Shown here: one piece after another, positions 38,513 to 51,900 of the stretch
Position numbering within the stretch: position 1 is the stretch's first letter
Layout: the number at the start of each line of letters is the position of its first letter
Assembly: GCF_009914755.1 (NCBI RefSeq)
Contig: NC_060930.1
DNA from: the human T2T-CHM13v2.0 reference genome, Homo sapiens
Length of the DNA: 64,000 bases
Direction: 5' to 3' (one strand)
Made by a program: the position numbers and the translations under genes
The notes under the pieces: model-generated
Databases searched by the model: none
The model's input: only the letters and a program-made list of their open reading frames with translations
Told to the model about the DNA's origin: nothing

Positions 38513-41500
38513 TGGAGTTGTTTCCAACCAAGAGGCAAAATCCCTTTTCACATCCCCAGCCTCTGTTCTGTTATCTATATTTTTGCCATAAAGGTTAGTG
38601 CAGTTCCCTGAAGTCAATTCTCTACATACTGGTAAAAATCCTTGGGGATCTTTGGGAATGAGTTTTTCATAAGAATGTAAATTAATTTATTAACTAGAAT
38701 GCTGTGGATTGCCTTAGAGGGGCTCAGCATGGGAATGGCTGCAGAGTTGCAAAAAGATTCTGATTCCGCTCTGCCTACAAAATCTTCCCCAAGAGGTCAC
38801 AGGAGCCAGCTGACGCCACTCTCCTCCTTAGATCCTAAAGGAATTATTTTCCAGGATTTGCAGGCAGTCTTCTAGGCCAGCTGAAGAAGAGAAGATTTAT
38901 GCAAGCAGCCTGCTTGGCTCCAGGGCCCTTGTTGCATTGAGGAAAGGAAACCTGGGCAGTGGTAGACAGGATCAGGAGCCTAGGCTCCAACCCAGGAAAG
39001 CACTCCTGATTTTTTAGGCTCTCCCAAATTAACAGCATCTTTTCTGACCCATCTTTGTGATGAGACAGACCTGAGTTCTTCTAGGCAACTTGGCACACAC
39101 AATAAAGTCCATCTGCCTTTCCATGCACAGCCCTCTTGCCCTTTATTCGTGGTGAGGCGGACATTTGGACACAAGTGTTGGCCAGCCTGGCTAGACATGT
39201 CCTTTTTTTCTCAGTCAGATCAGAAGGTGGTGGTGCAGCAGGAGCCTCAGCCTTACAGGCAGACCTTCTCAGCTGCCGCCTCACACAATGTCCCAGCTCG
39301 GCTGCATCTCTGCTCCATGAGTGGGGGCTGTGTGAACTCGGGAGGGCAACTGTGAATGGCACAGCATCTGATATGAATTTATCACCGGCTGCTGGTCGGG
39401 AGGGGGATCAAGCTAGGGGAAGGGGCTGTGTTTAATGCACCCTGCCACAACCCAACAGTTTGCCCTAAAGAGCCTTTTACCAATATAAAAGGACAGGGTC
39501 AAAAGTAAGTTGACCCCTGACAGAATGTACAATTATTAGAAGAAGGCTGTGTGCGAGCAGCTGCTGGAACCCCACTGACTCTGCATCGGGCTTCCAAGAG
39601 TCAGATTATGAATAATCAACTCAAGATTGTTTTCTCCACCCTTCTCAACCTCCCCCCGCCTCCCTCCAATCTTCTCCTCCTGTTTTGGGCAAGTCCTATT
39701 CTATTTCTACAGGAAGAAGCATAGCCCTCCCTAGCAGCTGCAATAATTGTGTTCCTATTGTGATGAAGACCTCCTCCTGGCCACCCCCCTACAAGTGGCC
39801 ATTGTGAGTGGAAAGTCAGTGATTATACGCTCCCTCTGATGCTTTGGGGGACCCAGCTGCCTAAGTGCTGACACAGGAGTGTGCAGAAGGCCAGGGAGGG
39901 GGCTGGTGGAGGTGGAGGCAAGAGGTGGGGGAAACCCACGTCTGTGAGACTGGACTCTGACATACCAGACCTTTTGCATAAGTCAAGCCAAGAACAAATG
40001 AGGCATTATCAGGCCCCAGTGTTGAGAGGTCTCATCTCCCTTTGAAGTGGAGCTGAGCGTGGGGCCAAGCAGCTTTTCCTCCTTTGGACCAAGCAAACAT
40101 CCTTCTTTTGATATGCTACATGCTCATTATCTCTGCCCCATTTAATGATTTTTGATTGAAGGGTGGCGGCTGGGATGCCGAGAGGATCGTTAGAGAGGCT
40201 CCATACAGCCAAGCCCATAAGAAAGGCTTTCCTTGTGCCTGGGCCTAAATTTGGAATTTCTTAACAGTGTGCGCTTGTTCTTAGAGGCAGATAAAGGCTG
40301 AGCGTGAAATTCTTAATTAAGCAATAAATAGAGAGTGGGGTGTCAGCAGATGTAGCCAGTAGCCATGGCAACAGGAATCACATGGGCAAGAGAGCTGAGA
40401 CTCGATGTAGGCCTCAGGCCTGGGCCTGACTGACAGCTGAAGAATCCTACAAAGCTTGTAAACCAGATTAATTAGCTGACTAATTATTTCATAGCGTTAA
40501 TGTAACTAAAAAATAAAAATAGTTCACCATGAACTGAAACATCCTTGGAAAAAAACAGCAGGGAAAGAGGCAGTGGGAAACTGGCTCTGTAAGGCAAAGA
40601 CATGAGCAGTCAGGGCATCAAATCGCATGAAGGGAAAAATGGGCTTGCTGGATTTTTCTCCCAACTTTGCAAATATAAAAGAACACTTGTTCTACAGTCA
40701 TACCCATTCCCAAGCACGGCATAGAAGCTACAGTTGGGATACACGATAATAGTTCATCGTATTCATAATTGTTTATCACATCAAATATTGCTCCTGCAGC
40801 ATCCTAACACAAACAATAGTGCACACAAGGTTCTTCACTTGTGGTCTGTTTCATAAGTAGCTCCTTGGGCAAAATTCTCAGCAGCTTTAGAAAGGCAACA
40901 TGAACCAATCTCCCTAACAGATCTTTTTAAATGAGTGAGGTTATCTTATTCTGTGGCTAACAATTGCTTAAGTGGCATCACATTTCAATCACGGGAACAA
41001 TATATCATATATGTCATATTATGGTGAATCCCATTTATCTCACAAAAATCTAGTAAAAGAAAATAGAGGGAGACCCTTTCAGAAAGGTTATAACATATAC
41101 ACTGAGCTCATGACACATGGTATTGTTAATCTTCTAAAAAGAAAGAAAACTTCTAGAGAAATAGTCTATCAGGAAAACGTTGGTGAAATAACATGGCACA
41201 TTAACCACACTTGAATATATTTGGATGTTTTGTGCCACAATTCCAAGAGACAAGTAAGTATTTTCTTAACCTTGCTGTGTAAACAAAGCCACTGAGGCAT
41301 GGAGCAATTATAATGCAATGCCCCAGGTAAAATAACCAGCCAGCCACTGATTAAAACCCTAAGCCCCAAGCACTGGCCATGAGCTTTCCAAAAAAACTGC
41401 ACTCCGTGAAGATGTTTGCTGAGCAAAGGCAAAACTTGCCTTGGTAGAAAAGAAAAATGCAAGGGTCAAAACATATTGTATGCGTATGATTTTTTTCTTT

Positions 41501-44012
41501 GTCACTGGGAATCCTTGAGAAGGGTTCTCCCACAACCCTGCCTAGCACCCCCGCCATCCTTTCTGGTCAGTGATCCACAATTATTTAGTGGGCAGCACAC
41601 TCTAGTGGAGAGAGCCACAGCCAGGAGCTAGAATGCCTGGGTTCAGGTTTTTTCCACTCAGCTGGGTCGAAGATGAGTCAGGTATCTTAAATCACACATG
41701 CAGCAGCCAAACAGAGGAAATGAAGATAATTGTGATTTTTCTAAAACTTCCTATCCTGGGGGAAGTGGTAAAACAATACAAAAGATGGCCCACTTAGAAG
41801 TGGTCAACCAGTGAATGAAAATTCAGCCAGTTGTCAGTGAAGCAGCACTCTGAAGGAAATGCCAGCCAAGAAAAGGAGCCACACCCCCAAAAAAATCTAA
41901 TATGGAATTCCGTGGCCATGATAGAGATCAAGCAGCTTCCCTACAATAAAATAAATTTCTGTATACACACATTTCCCATGTTTTTCATCCCAGGAATATG
42001 TCCACATAGACTATGTGGTCTTGACTTACACCATCTGCATAGATTAAATGTATTTTATGTAAATTATCCCAGTCATGGTCCTATAAAGTCAAGTGGTCTG
42101 AAAAAAACAGTTAAGTGAAAGTTACAATCTAATCAATATATAAAATGCACGGCACAGAACTGGAACTCTACTTCTTGGGCTCTTGCTCGGGTACCAACAA
42201 CAGCAACTACCATTATGGCATTGGGAAATGCAGTCAGGTATATGGAAAACGTGGAAGCCTAATCACCACCTTGCTAAAGATCTTATAAACTTTACACAGA
42301 TGATATCCAAAATTACAGCTAAATTTACACAACCCAGTATAGCTACATGGCGCACTGCCATGGAGGAGCAGGGTGAGCCTCAGTTCCTCCTGAGTCCTCA
42401 TACCATCACTGTGACAGCCCAGAAATGAGAACAGAAGTGGCTCTAGCCAGCTATCCACTCCATACACTCAGAGGATAAAGGAGGCACCAATGACCATAAA
42501 AGATCCTACGGGGAATCCCTTCAAGAAGCAAGAGTCTCCAAGTTTGTTAAACATTCAACAAATCCTCTGTGACTTCTTATTCCTTTTCCAACTCATATTC
42601 AAAGGAGGAGATACTAGGGTATTCCAATACAAATAATTTTTAAAAATTAATAAAGGCTATCTACCTAATAGAAATGTTTTATACTAAGACATTCATTTAT
42701 ATCATACATATGCACAGATACAGATGTACCTCTACATATAAGCACACATGCACATTCACACAGCTACTTACACAGATGTGCATTTATACCATATGTGTAT
42801 ATATAATAGTATAACTTGCTATTAATTCAATTAATAATGCTATCATAAGGGAAGAAAATCTATAGCTGCATGATTTAATTTTTTTTCTTTGTACCATAAA
42901 TGGTTTTTATTATGTTTAGTTTATTTGAGTATTCAGATTATTTTGCAGTTCATGAACAGAATATGACCTATGGACAAGACAGCCTCTTCAGAAGCAGGCT
43001 AAGTAATGGAAAGAGAGCAATTCAGATTAAAATTTTGTTCCAGAATACATATCAAGTGAATAGCCATAAAGTTAATGGTAACTATTTACTCTTATTTATG
43101 GCTGTATTCGGCTGAAGTGGTAAAACAATCTCAGGAATCTCTGTCCGTCTCAAGTTTTTATAGTTTTAGGTTACATTTATGAATGGATCAAATCAGAAAT
43201 AAAATTTGAATGGTATAATTCAGTGCAAATAAAATATACGACAATCCTTTTGGCAAAGACATAAAAAAAGACCAAGGGAGCACCAGACTCTCTCTCTGAT
43301 GCTATTAAAATTTAACAGTTCTGGGGCTAGCCTGTAGGTCCGACTCACTGGACTTATGGTTAGGCACAAGTGAAAGAGGCAAAGGGTGGACTCAGGACCA
43401 TTGCCTCGCCCTCTAAATCCATGGCCACCTTGGGCTTGTGGCAGGGGCTAGAACTTGTTATGCTAATAAGATCCCCTGGATTTGACCAGGATCTACTAAG
43501 AGCAATTTATAACAAAATTGTCACTCTTGAGACCTATTTAGCCAGATTCTCCTTTTTACTGTAAGAAGTGGCCTCACAGTGAGCTGCGATTGGAACAAGC
43601 AGGTACCATGGTGCTCAGAGAGACCAATGCTGACATGGTATAGAAAAGGAATATGAAATAAACTCCAGGAAATCAAAAGAAGTGGATGGTCCTGACACAC
43701 TGGTATCCTGAGAAACATGCACAGTAAGAAGATAAGGAAAAACCTTTGGCCTCTGTGACTCTGCAGTCACAGTAGGGTTCCTGATTACTTCAACCTCATG
43801 TTAATCTTGACGTAAAACAGACACAGTCCACCCCTAGTGCTCATATCAGCCCTCCATGCTACTCATCTTCCTGACCTCAGATTCTCATCAGAAGTTTTCC
43901 TTCTCACCTTCTACATAAACTTCCGTCTTAATTCAGTCTCTCTCTGCATTGGTACTCTCTACCTTGGACTCTCTACTGTTCCTCATACCAATGGTCATAA
44001 TCAGCCATCCAT

Positions 44013-44402
44013 TTTTTTCTCTTTCTTTTTTTTATTTTTGAGATGGGGTCTCAATCTCTTGCCCAGGTTGAAGTGCAGTGGCATGCTCATGGCTCACTGC
44101 AGGCTCAACTTCCTGGGCTCAAGCTATCCTCCCACCTCAGCCTCCCAAGTAACTGAGACTACAGGCATGCGCCACCCCACCCAGCTAATTTATTTAATTT
44201 TTTGTAGAGATTAGGTCTCACTCTGTTGTCTAGGCTGATATCAAATTCCTGGCCTCAACTGATCCTCCCACCTTAGCCTTCCAAGTAGCTGGGACCACAG
44301 GCACATGCCACCATGCCCAGCATTTTTTTTTTTTTTTTTTTTTTGGAGAGATGGGGTCTCACTTTGCTGCCCTGGCTGGTCTCAAACTCCTAGACTAAAG
44401 CA
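44013..44402 (-). mobile_element. AluJ-age composite with three monomers in one insertion
   Basis: Right monomer, FLAM_A-like monomer, T22 (44323-44344) and a partial left monomer, all between TSD cagccatccat at 44002-44012 and 44403-44413. Confidence 0.9.
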
Positions 44403-44479
44403 CAGCCATCCATCTTTACATGTGCAGTTGTTCCACTACAAACAAATATGACACTGCCCTAAGATGAATTAAAGATATT

Positions 44480-44720
44480 ATTAGTACTAACTACCCATGT
44501 CTAGTAAGCATTTTTTGTGGGCTAGGCCTTCTGCTCAAGAGTTTTACATGTTATTCTTTATTTAATTTCCTATCCTTTGAGGTAGGCCCTATGGTCATAC
44601 TTCTCTATAGAGGAGGAGGCTGAGCCTTAGAGAGGCTCTGTGTATGCTAGCTGGTGAGTGTTGGAGCTGGGATTTAAACCCAGGCAATCAGACTTCAGGG
44701 AACATTCACTCAACCATAAC
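44480..44720 (-). mobile_element. MIR
   Basis: tttgaggtagg...gaggaggaggctgagccttagagagg...ggagctgggatttaaacccaggca. Confidence 0.8.
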
Positions 44721-44836
44721 ACACAGCTGTCCCTTTCAGTTCCTCAGCACTTCACTGCACAAATGTCTGGAATTGAAGGGTGATTGGTGATTTCTGACTA
44801 TGTGCTCTCAAAACATTCATCCAATTGGATACTTAC

Positions 44837-45032
44837 CCAGATAGGTGAGTTGCCTCAGCTGGCTATTGAAGAACCAGTCACAGCCTTGGTTCTGACCTGG
44901 TGATGGAAGAAATGGAAAAGACAGACCCACTCGACTCCCACATCTTAGGAGGATGTCAGGGTAAGGCGGCAAATCTGTGTGCACCAGCAGTAGGTAATTA
45001 CCAGGAGCAAAGTTGTCAAAGGTTGCTGAGTA
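44837..45032 (-). CDS. PKHD1: PKHD1 exon 50 (196 nt, phase 0 to 1): [65 protein letters not shown]
   Basis: tgtttttctttcacttcaag|TACTCA...TATCTGG|gtaagt; contained in track ORF 44817..45065. CGA codon at 44933-44931 corresponds to Arg2671 in my recalled numbering. Confidence 0.97.
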
Positions 45033-45449
45033 CTTGAAGTGAAAGAAAAACACAATAGTGCTCATTTAGTAAGGAACCCCATCATTCCACCTACTCCACC
45101 ACACCACCCTGCCAAAACAACTACAGAGAACGCAGATGGAGTAGTTTAGAAATCATACAATTTAGACCCAGATTGTACTTTTCTTGTGGGAAATGGGAAT
45201 ACTTAAATCTACTTCATAAAAAATTCATAACTAGAGCTACAAAATCAGACTATGAAGACTGAAAGATGCCATAAGGTTCATCTCGTTTAACAATCTCAAT
45301 TACCAGAGGAGAAAGCCAAGGCCCAGACATATGAATTGACACGTCTCAGGTCAAACAGCTAGAAGAGACAAGGCCAGGTCTAGAATTCCTTTCCAGCTTT
45401 TCCCACGACTTGAAGCGACAGGCAATGATAGGCATGTCATCCATTTATC

Positions 45450-45680
45450 ACAGTAATAGCTAACATTGTGGGAGCATTTACTATGCAATCAGCACTATTC
45501 AGTCCTCGAAAGGCACCCCTGTCATTGTTACTCTTACTGTCCCATTTTTACATTGAGGAAACTGAGGCAGGCAGAGGTTCAGTAGCTTGCCCCATATCAC
45601 AAAGCAGAAGAGTGCAGTGTCAGGACATAAACCTAGGGTATCCACCTCCAGAGGCACACCCTACTGTTTTCACTGCATGA
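45450..45680 (-). mobile_element. MIR
   Basis: taatagctaacatt...cccattttacattgaggaaactgaggca. Confidence 0.85.
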
Positions 45681-45968
45681 AAATTCTCCAGAGTGCTCTC
45701 ACGGGAATCTCAAGGCAAGAAAAGAGAGGCGTACATCCTTTCTGAAAGCCATGGAGAGAAGATCAAAAGTGATTCTGTTCTGAATTCCTCATGACCATGG
45801 CAGGGCTTCTGTCTCCCTAAGATAGGCTCTCAGGACTGTTAGCAAGAATGTGTATGATAAGATAGGAAGAAATATATGTGTTAAAAGTATGAAAATAAGC
45901 TTAGGGAATTCCACTGGATTGCTGTTTAAAAATATGGAAAAATGTACCCACTTTCCTCATGGCCATTT

Positions 45969-48900
45969 TTTTTTTTTTAGTTTTTTTTTTATTTCTTCTG
46001 AAAAAAAAAAAACAGGATACAGGTGCAGAACGTGCAGGTTTGTTACACAGGTATACGTGTGCCATGGTGGTTTGCTGCACCTATTGACCCATCCTCTAAG
46101 TTCCCTCCCCTCACCTCCTACCCCCAAACAGGCCCTGGTGAGTGTTGTTCCCCTCTCCATGTCCATGTGTTCTCAATGTTCAACTCCCACTTATGAGTGA
46201 GAACATGCAGTGTTTGGTTTTCTATTCCTGTGTTAGTTTGCTAACGATGATGGCTTCTAGCTTCATCCATGTCCCTGAAAAGGACATGATCTCATTCCTT
46301 TTTATGGCTGCATAGTATTCCATGATGTGTATGTACCACATTTTCTTTATCCAGTCTATCATTGATGGGCATTTTCCATGTCTTTGCTATTGTAAATAGT
46401 GTGGCAATAAACATACATGTGCATGTGTCTTTACAGTAGAATAATTTATAATCCTTTGGGTACATACCCTGCAATGGGATTGCTGGGTCAAATGGTATTT
46501 CTGGTTCTAGGTCCTTGAGGAATTGCCATACTGTCTTCCACAATGGTTGAACTAATTTACATTCCCACCAACAGTGTAAAAGCGTTCCTGTTTCTCCACA
46601 GCCTCACCAGCTTTCATTGTTTCCTGACTTTTTAATAATTGCCATTCTGACTGGCATGAGATGGTATCTCATAGCGGTTTTGATGTGCATTTCTCTGATG
46701 ATCAATGATGTTGAGCTTTTTTTCATGTTTGTTGGCCGCGTAAATGTCTTCTTTTGAGAAATGTCTGTTCATATCCTTTGCCCACTTTTTGATGGGGTTG
46801 TTTGTCTTTTTCTTGTAAATATGTTTAAGTTCCTTGTAAATTCTGGATATTAGACTTCTGTCAGATGGGTAGATTGCAGAAATATTCTCCCATTCTGTAG
46901 GTTGCTTGTTCACTCTGATGATAGTTTCTTTTGCTGTGCAGAAGCTCTTTAGTTTAATTAGATCCCATTTGTCAATTTTTGCTTTTGTTGCAATTGCTTT
47001 TGGCATTTTCGTCATGAAGTCTTTGCCTATGCCTATGTCCTGGATGGTATTGCCTAGGTTTTCTTCTAGGGTTTTTATGGTTTTGAGTTTTTCATGTAAG
47101 TCTTTAATCCATCTTGAGTTAATTTTTGTATAACGTGTAAGGAAGAGGTTCAGTTTCAGTTTTCTGCATATGGCTACCCAGTTTTCCCAGCACCATTTAC
47201 TGAATAAGAGATCCTTTCCCCATTGCTTGTTTTTATGAGGTTTGTCAACGATCTGATGGTTGTAAATGTGTGGTGTTATTTCTGAAGTCTCTGTTCTGCT
47301 CCATCGGTCTATATGTCTGTTTTGGTACCAGTACCATGCTGTTTTGGTTACTGTAGACTTGCAGTATACTTTGAAGTCAGGTAGTGTGATGCCTCCAGCT
47401 TTGTTCTTTTGCTTAGGATTGTCTTGGCTATACAGGGTCTTCTTCGATTCCATGTGAAATTTAAAATGTTTTTTTCTAATTCTGTGAAGAATGTCAGTGG
47501 TAGTTTGATGGGAATAGCATTGAATCTATAAATTACTTTGGGCAGTATAGCCATTTTCACGACGTTGATTCTTCCTATCCATGAGCGTGGAATGTTTTTC
47601 CATTTGTTTGTGTCCTCTCTTATTTCCTTGAGCAGTGGTTTGTAGTTCTCCTTGAAGAGGTCCTTCGCACTGCTTGTTAGCTGTATACGTAGGTATTTTA
47701 TTCTCTTTGTAGCAATTGTGAATAGGAGTTCATTCATGATTTGGCTCTCTGCTTGCCTATTGTTGGTGTAAAGGAATGCTTGTGATTTTTGAACATTCAT
47801 TTTGTATCCTGAGACTTTGAAGCTGAAGTTGCTTATCAGTTCAAGAAATTTTTTGACTGAGATGATGGGGTTTTCTAAGTATAAAATCATGTCATCTGCA
47901 AAGAGAGACAACTTGACTTCCTCTCTTCCTATTTCAATGCCCTTTATTTCTTTCTCTTGCCTGATTACCCGGCCAGAACTTCCAATACTATGTTGAATAA
48001 GACTGGTGAGACAGGGCATCCTTGTCTTGTGCTGGTTTTCAAAGGGAATGCTTCTAGCTTTGGCCCATTCAATATGACATTTGTTGTGGGTTGGTCATAA
48101 ATAGCTGTTATTATTTTGAGATATGTTCCATCAATACCTAGCTTACTGAGAGCTTTTAACATGAAGGGATGTTGAATTTTATCAAAGGCCCTTTCTGCAT
48201 CTATTGAAAAAAATCAAGTGGTTTTTGTCTTTGGTTCTGTTTATGTGACGGATTATGTTTATTGATTTGTGTATGTTGAACCAGCCTTGCATCCCAGGGA
48301 TGAAGCCGACTTGATAATGGTGGATAAGTTTTTTGATGTGTTGCTGGATTTGGTTTGCCAGTATTTTATTGAGGATTTTCACATTGATGTTCATCAGGGA
48401 TATTGGCCTGAAATTTTCTTTTTTTATTGTGTCTCTTCCCAGTTTTGGTATCAGAATGATGCTGGCTTCATAAAATGAGTTAAGGAGGAGTCCCTCCTTT
48501 TCAATTGTTTGGAATAGTTTCAGAAGGAATGGTACCAGTTCCTCTTTGTACCTCTGGTAGAATTCAGCTGTGAATCCATCTAGTCCTGGGCTTTTTTTGG
48601 TTGTAGGCTATTAATTAGGCTATTAATTACTGCCTCAATTTCAAGGCTTGTTATTGGTCTATTTAGGGATTCAGCTTCTTCCTGGATTAGTCTTGGTAGG
48701 GTGTATGCATCCAGGAATTTATCCATTTCTCCTAGATTTTCTAGTTTATTTGCATAGACATGTTTATAGTATTCTCTGATGGTAGTTTGTATTTCTGTGG
48801 GGTCAGTGGTGATATCCCTTTTATCATTTTTTATTGTTTCTATTTGACTCTTTTCTCTTCTTTGTTAATCTAGCTAGCGGTCTATCTATTTTGTTAATTT

Positions 48901-51900
48901 TTTCAAAAAACCAGCTCCTGGATTCGTTGATTTTTTTGGAGGGTTTTTTGTGTCTATAACTCCTTCAATTCTTCTCTGATCTTAGTTATTTCTTGTCTTC
49001 TGCTGGCTTTTGGATTTGTTTGCTCTTGACTCTCTAGCTCTTTTAATTGTGATGTTAGGGTATCGATTTGAGATCTTTCTAGCTTTCTGATGTGGGCATT
49101 TAGTGCTATAAATTTCCCTCTTAACACTACTTTAGCTGTGTCCCAGAGATTCTGATACATTTTCTCTTTGTTCTGATTGGTTTCAAAGAACTTCTTTCTG
49201 TCTTAATTTCATTATTTACCCAGGAGTCATTCAGGAGCAGATTGTTCAATTTCCATGAAATTTTGTGGTTTTGAGTGAGTTTCTTAATCCTGAGTTATAA
49301 TTTGATTGTACTGTGGTCTGAGAGACTGTTTGTTATTATTTCAGTTATTTTGCATTTGCTGAGGAGTGTTTTACTTCCAATTATGTGGTCGATTTTAGAT
49401 TAAGTGCCATGTGGCTCTGAGAAGAATGTATATTCTGTTGATTTGGGATAGAGAGTTCTGCAGACGTCTACTAGGTCCACTCGATCCAGAGCTGAGTTCA
49501 AGTCCTGCATATCCTTGTTAATTTTCTGTCTCATTGATCTGTCTAATACTGACAGTGGGGTATTAAAGTCTCCCACTATTATTGTGTGGGAGTCTAAGTC
49601 TCTTTGTAGGTCTCTAAGAACTTGTTTTATCAATCTGGATGCTCCTGTATTGGGGGCATGTATATTTAGATAGTTAGCGTTTCTTTTCTTGTTGCATTGT
49701 TCCCTTTACCATTATATAATACCCTTCTTTGTCTTTTTTGATCATTGTTGGTTTAAAGTTTGTTTTATCAGAGACTAGGATTGCAAATCCTGTTTTTTTT
49801 TTTTTCTTTCCATTTGCTTGCTAAGTTTTCCTCCATCCCTTTATTTTGAGCCTGTGTGTGTCTTTGCACATAAGATGGGTCTCCTGAATACAGCACACTG
49901 ATGGGTGCCTGACTCCTTATCCAATTTGCCAATCTGTGTCTTTTAATTGGGGCATTTAGCCCATTTACATTTAAGGTTAGTATTGTTATGTGTGAATTTG
50001 ATCCTGTCATCTTGATATAATTTAGTTATTTTGCACACTAGTCAATGCAGTTTCTTTGTAGTGTCATTGGTCTTTATATTTTGGTGTGTTTTTATAGTGG
50101 CTGGTACCGGTTTTTCCTTTCCATATTTAGTGCTTCTTTCAGCTCTTGCAGGGCAGGTCTGGTGGTAACGAAATCCCTCAGGATTTGCTTACCTGGAAAA
50201 GATTTTATTTTTCTTTTGCTTATGAAACTTAGTTTGGCTGGATATGAAATTCTGGGTTGAAAATTCTTTTCTTTAAGAATGTTGAATATTGGCCTCCAAT
50301 CTCCACTGGCTTATAGAGTTTCTCCTGAGAAGTCTGCTGTTAGTCTGATGGGCTTCCCTTTGTAGGTGACCTGGCCTTTATCTCTGGCTGCCTTTAACAG
50401 TTTTTCCTTCATTTTGACCTTGGACAATCTGATAATTATATGTTGGTCTTCTCATGGAGTTGGGGTTGGTCTTCTCATAGAGTGTCTTAATGGTGTTCTC
50501 TGCATTTCCTGAATTTGCATGTTGGCCTGTCTTGCTAAGTTGGGGAACTTCTCCTGAATAATATCCTGAAGTGTGTTTTCCAGCTTTTTTCCATTCTCCC
50601 TGTCTCCTTCTGGTACTCCAATCAATCATAGGTTCAGTCTTTTTATGAAATCCCATATTTCTTGGAGACCTTGTTCATTCCTTTACATTCTTTTTTCTTG
50701 TGTGCATGTCTTATTTCAGTGAGGTGGTCTTCAAACTCTGATATCCTTTCTTTTACTTGGTCAATTCGGCTGTTGATACTTGTGTGTGCTTCACAAAATT
50801 CTCATGCTGTGTTTTTTGGCTCCATCAGGTCGTTTATATTCCTCTCTAAACTGGATATTCTAGTTAGCAATTCCTCTAACTTTTTATCAAGGTTCTTAGC
50901 CTCTTTGCATTAGGTTAGAGCATGCTCCTTTCACTCATTATAGTTTTTTATTACCCATCTTCTGAAGCCTACGTCTCTCAATTCATCCATTTGATCCTCC
51001 ATCCAGTTCTGTGCCCTTGATGGAGAAATGTTGTGATCATTTGGAGGAGAAGAGGCACTCTGGCCTTTTTGGTTTTCAGCATTTTCTCGTTGATTCTTTT
51101 TCATCCTTTTGAGCTTGTGTAGTTTTGGTCTTTGAGGCTGTTGACCCTTGGATAGGATTTTTGTGGGGGCCTTTTTGTTGTTTTTGTTGTTGTTGATGCT
51201 GTTGTTGTCGCTTTCTGCTTGTTTGTTTTTCTTTCGGGTCCCTCTTCTGTTGGGCTGCTGCAGTTTGCTGGGGGTTCACTTCAGGCCCTATTCATCTGAT
51301 TTGCTCCCATGCCTGGAGATGTCACTCAAGGAGACTGGAGTGCAGCAAAGATGGGTGTCTGTTCCTTCTGGGACCTCTGACCTCGAGGGGCACCAACCTG
51401 ATGCCAGTAGGATCGCTCCTGTATAGGGTGTCTGACAACCTCTGTTGGAGGATCTCACCCAGTTTGGCGGCATGAGGAGCAGGACCCGTTCAACAAAGCA
51501 CTTTGTCCCTTGGTGGAGAGGGTGTGTTTCACTGGGGGGAAACCCACTCGTCTGGGTTGCCGGGATTCCTCAGAACTATCAGGAGGACAGGCCAAGTCTG
51601 CTGGTCCACGGAGACTGCAGCTACCCACTCCCCCTGGGGCTCAGACCCAGGGAGATATGAATTCTGTCCCTGAGCCTCTGGCTGGAGTTATTGGAGATCC
51701 TGCGGGGAAGCCCTGCCTGCCCACTGAGGAAGGATGGGTCAGAGTTAGGCCCAAAGAGGCACTCTGGCTGCAGACAGCCACAGCTGGTATGTTGGGCTGT
51801 GGGGACAAGTCTTGGGACAAAGCCATTCAGCCTCCCTGGCTCCAACAGGGAAAAAACGCAGCCTAGAGCTATAGAAATGGGTGCTGCCTTTCCCCCATCC

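Noticed and set aside
39081-39435. Overlapping 68-99 aa ORFs on both strands in the GC-richer block
   Set aside because: Expected from lower stop-codon density; no recognisable domain or exon structure.
44817-45065. 82-aa ORF as a standalone gene
   Set aside because: It is PKHD1 exon 50 read through into flanking intron; splice sites define 44837-45032.
46292-50010. Longest track ORFs (273 aa, 223 aa and others) with RT and endonuclease motifs as an active or novel retroelement
   Set aside because: They are pieces of L1 ORF2 broken by frameshifts and stops; the element cannot encode intact proteins.
48605-50480. Short duplications inside the L1 (aggctattaatt x2; ttggtcttctcat x2)
   Set aside because: Ordinary post-insertion slippage in a dead element.
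51076-51279. Gln-rich ORF suggesting a polyQ protein
   Set aside because: Produced by an imperfect (TTG)n tract in the L1 5' UTR/ORF1 boundary region.
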